64,000 bases of DNA from Octopus sinensis (lineage: Eukaryota), in NCBI RefSeq assembly GCF_006345805.1, contig NC_043005.1, forward strand, positions 49,228,001-49,292,000. Reading direction: 5' to 3'. Of the stretch, positions 1 to 13,489 are shown piece after piece. A program made the translations under genes and the position numbers. Every line of letters begins with the position of its first letter. Position 1 is the first letter of the stretch. Under the pieces are notes generated by a model that searched no databases, was not told the DNA's origin, and saw nothing but the letters and a program-made list of their open reading frames with translations.

Positions 1-2475
1 ATAAATATTTTAATAAGAATAATATATGATTATTCATGTAAAGTCATTATTCTATTTTAGGAGTTTTAGTTTTGCAATACCATCTGAAATATATATCTTA
101 TATTTTTCTCGATAAGATAATACGTAAATTGTCGTTTCGTTTTTAAGAATATGTTAACACTTTTGTACGTCACCTATTTCAAATGCAATTACTAAACAAT
201 GTATTGTTTCAGTATATTTGTTGTTTCGTTACTCTTATTGTAGTATTTTATCACTGGCTATTTACCACATTAAATGAAATTTTCTTTTGGTGTGGATTAT
301 GTTCGAAATTTTAATTTAATTAAACTACCCAGCTATATTCAGCATCTACTATATAAATGCAAGTGTATGTGGTTATGTATGTGCGTTTAGCATAGAAAGG
401 CACTGAAATGGTGCATCCTCGAGAAAATCGAATTTGATTTTCGAAATCTCCGTCCGAAAGACAATATTATTCGTAGATAATAATAAACAAAATATAATTT
501 TCTACAAGAAATAACTCAACTTTAGATAGACAAATTTCCCACTATGTCCGTCTACCATATTCTTTGACACTCGCTCCCTTTGTATATGTATTAATTCACA
601 CGCATAACTTTTATTTTGTTTAAAACCTCGTCTTCTAATGTTTAATTTCATTTTTCTGATACACAGCTTATCACGAACAAAATACTTAGCTTCCAAATCC
701 TGTTTTCTGATAGGGTAAAAATGATCAAACTTTAAACTTCTGTAACATTTTTTTTTCTGGAAGAAATGAATCGCAAACTCGAATTCATCGTGGAAAAGTA
801 AACTAAAAAACCGAATTTGAACAGATTTTGAAATTGTTTCAGTCATTTGACTGCAGCCATGCTGGAGCACTGCCTTAAAGGGTTTAAGTCGAAGAAATTG
901 ACCCCAGGACGTATTCTTTGTAAGCCTAGTACTTATTCTATCAGTCTCTTTAGCTGAAGTTATGCAGACGCAAACACACCCGCATTGGTTGTCATGCGAT
1001 AGCAGGGAGGCAGACACACACACATAAATATATACATATATACTGGTGTCACACAACTGGCACATAAAAGCCCCTATTACACCCTCTGAGTGGTTGGCGT
1101 TAGGAAGGGCATCCAGCCATAGAGACCATGTCAAATCAAACTGGAGTTTGGTGTAGCACCTCAGCTTACCAGCCCTTGTGAAACTGTCCAACCCATGCCA
1201 TCATCATCATCATCATTTAACGTCCGCTTTCCATGCTAGCATGGGTTGGATGATTTGACGGAGGTCTGGCAAACCAGACTCCAATCTGATCTGGCAGAGT
1301 TTCTACAGCTGGATGCCCTTCTTAATGCCAACCACTCCGAGAGTGAAGTAGGTGCTCTTACGTGCCACCAGCACGAGGGTCAATTTGGTGGTACTGGCGA
1401 CGACCTTGCTCGAATGTTTTTTTCACGTGCCACCAGCACAAGTGCTAGTAAGGCAACGCAACAGAATTTAAATGATGATGATATGTATATATATATATAT
1501 ATATGACAGTCTTCTTTCAGTTTCCGACTACCAAATCCACTCACAAGGCTTTGGTTGACCAAAGACTATAGTAGAAGACATTTGCCCAATGTGCCATGTA
1601 GTGGGACTGAACCTGGAACCACATGGTTGGTATGCAAGCTTCTTACCACACAACCACACCTGCACCTATATGTTACTGAGCATTTCAAACCAGAATGCAA
1701 ACATGAGATTTCCATTTTGTCATTTAAAAAATATATACCAAATTCACTAGACTATTATGTTCTAAGTTGGTAATGGTTTCCTTAAACTGGCATGAAGCTA
1801 CAGCTTTGTTCTAGATGTAAAGAAACTCAACAATTGCCCTGGGCAGCACACACTCTAGCTATGTCAGTGCATACATCTGTGGAAAACTCAGTCATTCAGA
1901 CTTTATAATTCAGTGAGTAGGAATTTCCATTCAACAAATAGCTGGAATGACTTTAAAGAGAGGTTGTTGTGTCAGGCCAGAACAATGTGAGAAGATACAA
2001 AGTAAACTACAAAAGGAAAAGAAAAAGTTGTAGTTTTACCTTGTTGTTCTATATTTTGAGGTGAAGACCCCTTCTTCAAGACATTTGAAAGAAGCAGTAG
2101 CTGGAATTGGTCGTTGTCACATGTTTGTGTATGGGGGAAGGCAGGGGAGGAAGGTGACATGTGCAGACTGGTGTTGCTATAGCAACAAGTCTCCTTCATG
2201 TAGTTCCTTCCTGTTGTTCATGGCTGGTCTTAATTCATTTATTTATTGTGGAATTTAATGGATATCCATTTACTTATTTATACTATCTGCTGTGGATATA
2301 GTGAAAAATGAATTTATGCTTTATATAGGCTGAACAACTGTTCCCAGCAGAAGTGTTCTGGCCTTAAAGATGAAACCCAGTCTTTATTAAGCAGTTGTTG
2401 CTTTTTTTTAACCCCAGGACAGTACTGAGTCAGGAGACCTATGGCCAAAGATGTTTCATGATCACATCTTACTAT

Positions 2476-2702
2476 TTAACCCTTTAGTATTTAAACCAGC
2501 TGGATGCAGCCAAAATATTCTTGTTGTTTTATGTTCAAACTGGTCATATCCAACCTCTTACACCTACTTTGCAATGTCATTCTAAAAATAAACAATTACT
2601 TCTTCAAAATCTCAAAGCTATGAGATACTGCATGATTAATTCAAAACAATGTGAATAAAGAGACATTACATTTGACAGAGCAATCAGAATGTTAAAGTGT
2701 TA
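2476..2702. mobile_element. piggyBac-like MITE relic
   Basis: Starts TTAA|CCCTTT and ends in a degenerate AAAGGG|TTAA-like sequence; the same internal sequence recurs near 16830-17010, 34990-35240 and 41290-41415. Confidence 0.5.
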
Positions 2703-2915
2703 GGGTTTTATTCCAACATACTGTGTCTAAGACTACATTATCTTATGTATCTTCTCTTTTTTAAGATGGTAGGGTGATATTTTATGGAGATTTGGCTGCT
2801 GTGAAAGCACTACAGAGAGCTCCTTTTGTTGATTATTGACTTTTGAGAGAATGCATTAAAAGAATACAGATGAATAAGTTGAAAGAATGTCTGTGAAATA
2901 TATTGGTAGATCAGT

Positions 2916-3172
2916 GTGGAGGCGCGTGGCTTAGTGGTTAGGGTGTTCAACTCATGATCGTAAGGTTGTGGTTTCGATTCCTGGACTGGGCGATACGTTG
3001 TGTTCTTGAGCAAAACACTTCATTTTCACGTTGCTCCAGTCCACTCAGCTGGCAAAAATGAGTAATCCTGCAACGAACCAGTGTCGCGTCCAGGTGGGGA
3101 ATTTCTATGCCACTGAAACCAGGAAACTGGCCCTTATGCGCCTGGCATGGCTCAAGAAGGAAAATTTATTTT
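2916..3172 (+). mobile_element. tRNA-derived CORE-type SINE
   Basis: A box TGGCTTAGTGG, B box GTTTCGATTCC, core tgtgttcttgagcaaaacactt; 17-bp TSD TATATTGGTAGATCAGT at 2899-2915 and 3173-3189. Confidence 0.85.
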
Positions 3173-5063
3173 TATATTGGTAGATCAGTAGTCTGTAGCC
3201 TGTTGCAAGTACAGCATTGTATCAATAGTTAAAGACTTGTTGCAGTCTAAAGGTTGTTGGGCTGGTCTGTGGTGGTGACTTGACTAGTTGAGTTGATGAA
3301 CGAAAATGTTTCTTGGGTTTCATGTAGAAGTAACGGAACACCATCCACAAGCATTTAACAGAAAATGTTATTATCGCACATTAAGACAAACTACATTGGC
3401 CTTTTACAGATAACAACAACTATAATTACAAATATGAAACTGTGGTGGTTTGCTTGTGAAGCTTGGCTACATTCCCAGGGATCTGGTTTCAAATCCCCAC
3501 TATGGACTCTTTTAAATCACTCAGTCCATCTAGCTGTAAACACGATCCATAAGGTAAAAAAATTGGGATCTTTGTGGTTTTCATCACTGTTTATAATTTT
3601 GTTCCAATTGTTTTCAAATTTGGTATATAGATTAAGTTTTGTATACTAATTATGAAGATGAAATTCATTTTTCCTATAAATTCATAATTAAAAAGTTATT
3701 AACCTTTAAAATTTGCAAAATTTGGGTATTTTAGCCAATCAGAAGCGAGTATTTTACTCATCACTGTGACATAAAACTCTGTTTCCATTGTAACCAAAGA
3801 TGCTGCACATGTGCACAAGGAGAAGGAGATACAAGAAAGATAATCTACTATAATATTCTTGTGTTTTTCTCCATCACAACATATGAATGAGAAAGTAAGG
3901 GGTGATGTCAAACTGGTAGTGGGAGCATTTCAACTCTGTGTGGGTATATGTGTATGTATGTAAAAGGGAGGTGTGTAAATGTTTGTGTGTGCATGTGTAT
4001 TGCAAACTTTTGTTCTTTAATTTTTTAACTAATAAATGTCTGTTTTAAACAATGTTTTGACTGTTATTTCTAGCAACTCCTGTTGATTTGTTTGTTCGTA
4101 GCTTTTAGATATTTAATTTGCTCATGAATGTTTTAATGTTAACTTCGTGTATATTTTAATGTTTTGACTTATTTCTACCAATGTTTTGGCATACTGGTGC
4201 CCCTCTCCCTTCCTAATAATGGAAGAGGCAGTGAACGTGCTGTTTTTTGATTGGCTGAAAATTCTGAAAATTATCAAAATTTGAACACCTGTAACATTTT
4301 TGCAAAATTTTACTCAAATAAATGAATAACAAATTCAGATTCAGCATCAAAAACTACATCTATATGATACATTAAAATTTTTTTTAAAGATAACTGCAAA
4401 TGGTGACAAAAGCTGCAAAGACCCAAATCTTGCAATGCTAGGCAACCACAGCCCTTTTTTCGACCACAGTTAAGCTTCAAAAGTTTGTAACAAAGATGGA
4501 GTAATGATAAAGACAGAAACCTGGTTGAGAGATTTTCCATTAAGGTGGTATTTATTTTCTTTATTTACAAGGAAGATATCATTACAACAAATGACCAAAC
4601 TGTGGAGAGTTGGGATATTGTTTTCCTTCATGTGACTGTGGAAGCAGACAAAAAAAATTCAGAAGTTGATCAGCAGTCAAGTCAACAGGCCATCTCTTCA
4701 GCTAGGCCATTCATTCAGTTTTCTCTGTGTGTGCTCTCCCATTACTCTATATGACAGCTTTTAGATCTGTGGGCACTATGTCTTAGGTGTCTGAGATGTG
4801 GTGCTTTTGTAGCAAAAAATCAGCTCAGGGAGACAGCTCCAAAAGCTAGAATCTCTGCAGAAGGTCAGCTCTAGGTGGTGTCCCGATTGGTCAGAATTTC
4901 TTTATTCTAGCCAATTGTGACATTGGATGTAGTGACTAAATATTCCTGCAACAAGTTCAAAACCAAGATTGTTTGTTCATTTGTTTTTGTTGTGTTATAT
5001 TTACTGTATTAAACCTTCAAAGGTCAGGGACAGAAGCTCTTTCCTTCAGTCCAAAATCAATAA

Positions 5064-5507
5064 AAACAAGAGTACTCAGAGAGCGCAAACCTCCGCCAAA
5101 GCAACACCAACATCCTCTCAATGACTAGGCATAGATGATTTTTAAAATAAGAATATTTGAAATAAATTTGACTGCTCTCACAAACGAAAATACTGAAAAT
5201 GAACCCGACCTCTCTCAAAAATTAAGTAATAATTAAACGGAAAAAATAATCAAGAATCCTTATATATAATATAAAGGAGATAATCAGAGAAGGACTTCAT
5301 GTAAAGTAAATATAAGAAATAAACCAGAATCCTTGTCCAGTACCAGATCAATCCCAAAATCTAATCAGTTTGTGCCAGTCATGAGGCCAAACTTCCCTGA
5401 AAGTTTCATCCAAATCCATCCAGCAGTTCTTGATATATCTTGTCCAGAGACAAACTAACAAATACAACTGAAAACAATAGCTCTGCCTTTGCTAAGGCGA
5501 AGGTAAA
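5064..5507 (+). mobile_element. Non-autonomous Helentron/DINE-1-like element
   Basis: Subterminal cctccgccaaagc at the 5' end and a 3' stem-loop gcctttgctaaggcgaaggtaa; internal segment resembles DINE-1-type cores. Confidence 0.45.
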
Positions 5508-7139
5508 AAATAAAACAAAACGCATTTAACTAGTTTTGTTTTAACACTCGTGTATTCAGAAGCTAACAGCATAGGCTTATAAGCCACGGAGGATGGCCTC
5601 TAAGAGGTTACTCATTCTTCTAGAAAGAACGGCTATATCTCACTCAAATTACACCCTACCATTTTAAAAATAGAAGGATACAGTTAATAAAGTAGATAAT
5701 ATTAATTAATTATTTGAATATCTATCATTCATTACTTCATGCAAAAGATATACAGGATACAAAAACTGTTGTATCCATGGATATAGAACCAATGAGAAAT
5801 ATTAAATAGTAAATATACAAACAATATATATTGAGTCTCTTATTATGTTGTCTGTAAAAATCGAAAAATTAATAGCTTGTAGCATTTAGGCATAGAGTAG
5901 ATTTGAACCTGAATCTGCCAATTTCCCTTAACGTTGCAACAGCATTTTTCTCACAGAAAAATAATAGTGACAGCAGTGAGATTGAACACATAGCTTTGCC
6001 AAACTAATTTATATCTTTTCCACTTGACACTTCTAACCTCTTGTATGTGGTGGAGAGCTGAATTGAGATAACAGATCTCCCTCCCACCAAGAATATCTAT
6101 TGTTCTCTGCAATTTTTCTAGCTAGTTTTGTATAGTTATAAATACTCCATAAACCAAAATCAGTTAGTGAGAACTGGGTCTGGCTGACTGGCTGAACAAA
6201 ACTCCGTCTCCAAACCAAAAGCCACAGAGGGACAATTATGGTAACTCACCAACGAAGCAGTTCTTTCACCCCACCACTCTCACTTTCACTAGTTCATTTT
6301 CTTTTCTCTACAACATCACTCTATCTATCTTTGTCCCTGCTGATAGAATGACAAGAACACAAACACAAACTATACAAGGAAAATTACTCGGGTTCAATGG
6401 TAGAACCCCTGATGTGTTTACAGATGTGGGTTCAAATCCTACAAGCAACCTTCAAATTTTCCTATTCAAAAGGTTTTTCAACCCATTATTTACATATTAT
6501 TTATAGATTTATTTGCTTTGTGACTCACTATTCCTAAAACAGAAGGATTTGAAAGAGATTTCATTGCTATTTTTAGCAGGAGAAAGAACCAGATAATAAG
6601 CTCCTTGCTGCTTATTATTTGCAATTATTCTTTCACTCTGCTCTAACATATACATGATCAAAGGTATTTTAATGATCACCATTCCATTGTCTTCTTTTTA
6701 TGTGCTTCTAAGCCTAAATTATCCAACATATCCTTTTTTTGTCTTTTAAACATATGACAGCATGATCAGAGAATTATTTGTTATTTCTAGCAAATAAAAC
6801 AAATATTGGCAGATAGAGGTGAAAAATATATAAGAACACAAACAACAAGATGATTACATGTTACATTTTAATAAAATTTATTATTCATTAAGCATTAAAA
6901 TAAGAAATAAAATATATAAAAATGGGTATTAAATTCAAACAGTTACTTGATATTGTTATTTATTAAGGGATCAAAATCAATTGGTGGCAGAGTAAGAAGA
7001 GCATCAGTTAAAATTATGCACTTATTTATTTATTTATGCCACTATATATATTGAGTTCATATTTCACTTGGATCATATCCAGACAACTATTGTACTTGAT
7101 ATTTAAGGGATCAAAAAAAACTATGAATGGTTGAATCAG

Positions 7140-7330
7140 TAGAGCATTATTTACATTATTTGCAATTGATGGATATTTGTCCTCATCTTGTTTGTTGTTA
7201 ACACGTTTCGGCTGATATACCCTCCAGCCTTCATCAGGTGTCTTGGGCAAATTTTGAACCTGGGTTCTCATTCCTACGGTATTTTTCGATATTGTTGTTG
7301 TTATTATTGTTGTTGTTGTTCTTCTTCTTC
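7140..7330 (-). mobile_element. Penelope-like terminal fragment with degenerate type I hammerhead motif (7200-7242)
   Basis: Minus strand reads GACAC-CTGATGA-A-GGCTG-gagggtatat-CAGCC-GAAAC-GTGTT. Confidence 0.7.
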
Positions 7331-7349
7331 TTATTATTATTATTCAGGT

Positions 7350-7455
7350 ATGCCATATACCCGTGGGCAATTATAGAGTGAATTTTAGGGCTTATAAATC
7401 TATAGATTTATAAGCCCTAAAATTCACTCCATAATTGCCCATGGGCATATGGCAT
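7350..7455. repeat. 106-bp spacer-less palindrome
   Basis: 53-bp arms centred between 7402 and 7403, three mismatches by eye. Confidence 0.9.
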
Positions 7456-7510
7456 TGTGGTTAAGAGTTCATGCTACTAACCCCAAGATTCCAGACAGTG
7501 ACCTGAATTA

Positions 7511-7549
<39 letters not shown>

Positions 7550-7559
7550 TAACAACAAC

Positions 7560-7730
7560 ATCAAAAAATACCTTAGAAATGAGAACCTGGGTTCGAAATT
7601 TTCCCAAGACACCTAATAAAGGCTGGAGGGTATATCAGCTGAAAGATTAACAATAAACAAGATGAGGACAAATATCCGTCAATTGTAAATAATTTACATA
7701 ATTCCTCATCTCTTAAATATAGAACTGTAG
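7560..7730 (+). mobile_element. Second, inverted Penelope-like terminal fragment (hammerhead core decayed to CTAATAA...GAAAG)
   Basis: Clear inverted homology to 7140-7330; abuts an (AAT)n tract. Confidence 0.65.
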
Positions 7731-8510
7731 AATCAGTAGAGATCAAAAATTCTTGAAGTATTAATTTATGCCCCTTATACATTCTGAGCTTATATTCCAC
7801 AGAGGTCAAATTTACCTTTCATTTTTTTTTTCTCCAAGGTCAATAAAATAAATATTGTTTTGTTAGAAATACAGCAAATTATTTATTTATTTATTAAGAG
7901 TTTAAAAAAAAAGAAAAGTGACTCTGTGTCAGAAATGGTAAAGCATTAAATTACATCCTTTAGAGTATAATTTTCCTTCTCCAACATTTTGAGTTCAAAT
8001 CTCATTTATATAAACTTTGCCTTTTATCCCTAAGAAGTGGGATCAATGACATACATGCTAATTCAAATGGCCATAACCTTTTGCTTAAATTTGTTATCAC
8101 TGCACTAAATAAAAAAAATATTCATTAAGAGGTTGTTTTTTTTGTTGTAAGTACAATACATTCATCTTGGCTCTCTGAAGCAATTTTTCTCTCAAAATGC
8201 ATTTCAAGAAAACTGTTGTTCTGAGAAAAAAATTTTGGGGGTTGTTCACAATAAGGAATCTGTTAAACTTTTCTTTTATATATATATATATATCTAAAAT
8301 TGATGTTCGCTATTTCAAAACAATGGTTTTTTTTTTGTTTTTATTTTTTTTTAATACATGAATAAACTTTTTCTCTAAAACAATATTTTGTTTAATATCT
8401 TATAAGGATGTAGAGGATTGTCCATAAAACAAATGTATGAGTTCTGAAATTTTCGGAAAATACTACAAAAAGATTCCACATCTGAAGATTGTGTTTGGCA
8501 AACCATTAAT

Positions 8511-8698
8511 CTAAAGAATGTTATCATTGGTTTTTGATTCTTCATTGTCACTCACTGCATATGGTATTCGTCTATGAAGCAAATGCTTCTCTCCAGTGAT
8601 TAGAATTGTCACGATGAGGATGCATGCAGAAACACACATGAACAGCCCAGCAACCATGTAAGATTTACTGTATGACTTGGTAAGATCAGCAATGAAAC
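8511..8698 (-). CDS. SLC16/MCT-like transporter, last coding exon (TM12, stop)
   Basis: Acceptor ttcataatAG; GFIADLTKSYSKSYMVAGLFM matches the MCT 'G.I.D.TGSY...F..AG' region; stop at 8511. Six exons sum to 2052 nt (683 aa plus stop). Confidence 0.9.
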
Positions 8699-9269
8699 CT
8701 ATTATGAATAAATTGACAAGTATTTGGATTATATTTAGCACAACATAAAACAAGAAAAAGTACAAGCTGATGATAGACCTCTATGTCTTGTGTGACATGA
8801 AATGTAGTTAGATGTGTCTTGAAAATCATAAAATGATATTTCAAAAATATGAATAAAATAAAGCTGAAATTCAAAATAGGAAGACTTAATAACTATGCTT
8901 CTTTTATTAAATAACTAGCATAAAAGCCACATGCAGTGCGAACTTTTAAACTAACTCCTGCTGAGGGCTAATTGGGCCTGCATCCAAAAACTAAAGAGAG
9001 TAATTATAATAAAGCATTTATTGGTATCCTACCAATATGATATAACTTTAAATTCAATTTAAATGTAAAACTTGTAAGCTCATAAATTTTTGGAGTTTTT
9101 TTAATGTTTGAATTTTCAACTGTTAGTATATAACAAATCCTCATCCAGACCTGATTCCAGTACTGAATTTAAAGAACCAAATGACAGGTAGATTTTCAAG
9201 CCCATGATCATCATGATTGCAAAAAGGTATAATATGTCTATATACAGCCAATGTAGACTAGGATACAGA

Positions 9270-10126
9270 GGCCCCAGATGGATGGACAGACAGAGGTAGG
9301 TCAAAAGAAACGAAGCTAGCATGATCTGCTGGATGTGTAATGTCAGTGTGCACACACGACAGTGTAAGTGCCCTGAGAGAAATGTTAGGCATAAGAAGCA
9401 TTGGATATGGCATGCAAGAGAGATGTTTGCATTGGTATGGTCATGTACTGCAGATGGACGAGGAGAGTTGTGTGAAGAAGTGCCACTCCTAAACAATGGA
9501 AGGAATCCGGGTAGAGGGAGACCCAGGAAGACATGGGATGAGGTACTGAAGCATGACCTTCAAATGTTGGGCCTCACAGAGGCAATGACAAAAGACCGAG
9601 ACCTCTGGAGGTATGCATGACTGAGAAGACCTGGCAAATAAAGTGAGTCCACAGCTATAACCTACACCAGTGTCGCATAACCAGCCCACTCAAAAGTACC
9701 TTGGATAGTAGGGCAACATGCCATGCTTAAGGAGACCTATTGAGTCAAGTACATCAACATCAACAGCAATATCAAAATCAAATCAAATGGAAATTGTAGT
9801 TGTGAACCCTGTGCCGGTAGCACGTAAAAAGCACTATCCGAACATGGCCAATGCCAGTGTCACTTTCACTGGCTTCTGTGCTGGCGGCATGTAAAAAGTA
9901 CCATCCAATCGTGGTCAATGCCAGCTCCTCTGGCCCCTGTGCCGGTGGCATGTAAAAAGCACCCACTACACTTTTGGAGTGGTTGGCATTAAGAAGGGCA
10001 TCCAGCTGTAGAAACACTGCCAGATCAGATTGAGGCTTGGCACAGCTTCCTGGCTTCCCAGACCCTGTCGAACCGTCCAATCCATGCCAGCATGGAAAAC
10101 GGATGTTAAACAATGATGATGATGAT
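9270..10126 (+). mobile_element. 5'-truncated RTE-clade LINE (ORF2 C-terminus, 3' UTR, (GAT)n tail)
   Basis: GRGRPRKTWDEVLKHDL...MTKDRDLWRYA; 3' end catggaaaacggatgttaaacaatgatgatgat. Confidence 0.85.
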
Positions 10127-10426
10127 TTTAAGAGAACACAGCTAGAGCTATTCAAACATGTAGTGTGTCCCTGGTAGTTAACTATCACAGAGGAGACAAT
10201 CCTTTCTAGATTAAGTTAAGTTGAAGATTTGAAAGTTTGGAGTAGACATATATATATTTTTTGTTCCTACACATTATAAAGATCTTAAAGTATTTAGTCA
10301 TTGATAGCCATGTTATTCATCCTTCTTGGGAATCATCGGAACAGCATAGCCACAAGCAATCAAATCAGCAATACTACAACAACAAAGATGAATAAATTAA
10401 GTAATTATTTTGTTTAGAAAACCTAC

Positions 10427-10771
10427 CTGCTAATGGGCCACAGGCTAAATATCCCAAACCTGTTATTGTAGTATAGAATCCAAAACAAAATTGGTAATTC
10501 ACTCTTCCAACCATTTCCAGTAGTGAAACAAGGGCTACTGTGGTAAAGCATCCCATAAAGAGACCGATAAAAGTTAGAAATGTAATAATGACATTATCAT
10601 TATTTGCAAAAGCTAAAGCAATGATCAGTACTGAAGCAATTATGCATGAGATCAAATATGTAAACATGCCTGACAGTCGACAGGCGCTAGCTAATCCAGC
10701 AAGTAGACGTCCCACAGTTGTAGAAAAGCTGTACACAATCAGGAAAACAGTACTTCTATGCATGCCATAGC
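10427..10771 (-). CDS. SLC16/MCT-like transporter, coding exon 5 (TM8-TM11)
   Basis: Acceptor ttttttatatAG, donor GTAGGT, 345 nt, phase 1-1; STTVGRLLAG, FIGLFMGCF, LLEMVGRVNYQFCFGF, GPLAG motifs. Confidence 0.9.
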
Positions 10772-11108
10772 CTATATAAAAAAGAAGAAAAAAAAACAAT
10801 TGAGAAAGCATTAGCAAGCTATATTATCAACAATAACCAAAAGTACAGAGAATCCAATAATAACCCATTGACTCATAGAATTTATGGAGTTATGGAATCT
10901 ATGTCTTAATCCTGCTGGAAAAATATACATACATACTTACATACATACACACACACACACTCACACACACACACATATGGCGTTAGGAAGGGCATCCAGC
11001 TGTAGAAACACTGCCAGATCAGACTGGGCTTGGCGCAGCCTCCTGGCTTCCCAGACCCCAGTTGAACCGTCCGACCCATGCTAGCATGGAAAACGGACGT
11101 TAAACGAT

Positions 11109-11480
<372 letters not shown>

Positions 11481-13275
11481 ATATGTGTATGTGTGTATAC
11501 TGGCATGATAAGTGTTCTTGTTGATCTGATCAACAGAACAACCTAAAATTCTGCTGAAATCAACTTTATCTTTCATCCTTTCATGGTCAATGTAATCAAC
11601 AAGTCTCTTCACCTCAAAATTTCAGGCTTTATACCAATAGTAGAAAGAATTATTATTTGTTGTTTTTTATTCTTTTTTGTTTTCTCCTCCACAGTATATT
11701 TCAGATTTATTCTTCTCCCACCATTTATCAAATATATCTTTGAATAAGTTGGGTGTCATTAATGTAATAATGTCACCAGATAACCAGTTCAAGCAATTAT
11801 GCACGTAGTTTAAGGCTTGCTGAGTTTGTTTATGTTTTCTTAAAATATTCATGAGAATAGCTTCTCATTAATGCATGAACATGACACTATGTTTCATCAA
11901 TTGATATAATGCTAGTCCACACAAACCAATGAGGAATCTTCTATATGGTCATGTGACTTTCCAGAAACAGCAACCAAGTTTCCCTCAAATTACTCCCTAC
12001 CATCTTAGAAAAGAAGAATGTATTGAAATCTTTGGAACTGGGTGCATCATGTCTTTTAAAAATATGAGACAGCTACAGCTGTAATATTTTCAATCATTGG
12101 TTTGCTCAATTGAGAAATAAAATATAATGGTTGAGAGCCAAGGAATGAAAGATACCTAACTGCTTGCTAAATTCTTTGTGGAACAAAGTGCTAAACAGCA
12201 ATAACAACACAAATCCACAGTTCATAGGTGTTAACCATTTCATTACTATATTTACTTTGAGATGCTCTGTGTTTCTTTCAATTATTTTAAATATAACAAA
12301 GAATTTAGTAAAATAACTTAGTTATCATTAAGCTAGTGTTAGGAACATAAATTGTGACTAAGGTTTGATGGAAGATTTTAATTCAAAACTTATGAAAACA
12401 AGTACTATAGAGCTAGAACCAGTGTCAGCTAGGTTGGTAATGAACAGGCTAATATGATTGATTCAATAAGTGTGTTGAAATCGAGGAAATGTTAGAGTAC
12501 CAGACAAAAATATCTTGAAGTATCTAATTTGTATTTTTATATTCAGAATTCAAATCTCTCAGATTGTATCAAGTTTATATCAGAAGTTCAATGTTGCATT
12601 GTAGTAAACATAAGCATTGAATACAGAGGATGCACCAAGTCTCTAAAGAAATGAAGTAAGCATGCTCTAGTGGATGTGTTGTGTTAAAGTGCATGAACTG
12701 TAGAGCACAAATATGCTGAAAGAAAAACTGGATATGAGAAGAATCAGTTGACGAAGTGTGCAGAGACATGTAGTGCATGAAGAAGTGCTAAGCTATCAAA
12801 GCAGAAGGATCCTCCAGAAGAGAGGGACATACGAAGGGGTGCTGAAAGCTGATCTCAAGTGGTTGAACTTCAGAAAGTAGATGACAAAGGACTGCAGCAA
12901 ATTGTGAGACACTCTGCAGAAGACCCAAGGAAAAGCAGACATAAAAAAATTATGTGACACTGATGATGATAATGATGATAATCATCAGCATCAGTGACAA
13001 CATCATCATCATCATTAGTAGTGAAATCATTGTTGTCAGTTGTAGCAGCAATTTCTTTTTCTTCATCTTTGCAGGTTCTCAATATTTTGTACTATGATGT
13101 CTTTGAAGATAAAGTTTTGAATAAATCAAACAAAAACATGTATAACAGATTTGTATTTGATTAATCCATAATACTTGAATACAATATAAAAGCTCTGTAA
13201 TTTATAAAACATTGTATTGATTTTTCTTTACTTAAATATTTCAAAAATTTAACAATAGAATGAATAATTTCAGAC

Positions 13276-13489
13276 CTTTTTCAATTCCAAAATCAACCAC
13301 CATCATGGAAAATATTGGATTTGCAGTTGCTGCCAAAAATGTTGAAAGGTAAAATGATGGCAGCACTTTATACTTGGATAGTTCCTTAAGCTTTTCTTTA
13401 AAATTTACTTCCTTTTCTGTTTTTGGACTTCGATTCTCTGTTGTTTTTTTAACAGGTTGTTGTTCGAATTGAAATGACATGACACATGC
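13276..13489 (-). CDS. SLC16/MCT-like transporter, coding exon 4 (central loop and TM7)
   Basis: Acceptor tttaaacAG, donor GTCTGA (weak), 214 nt, phase 0-1 consistent with both neighbours; ACVMSFQFEQQP...FSMMVVDFGIEK-G. Confidence 0.8.

Noticed and set aside
1-840. CpG-enriched unique segment at the window start
   Set aside because: May be a promoter or old DNA element, but no TIR pair, TSD, ORF or splice pattern could be supported.
502-1191. 229-aa minus-strand ORF
   Set aside because: It runs through an RTE-tail repeat, a SINE fragment, a microsatellite and AT-rich unique DNA; no recognisable domain, so a chance composite.
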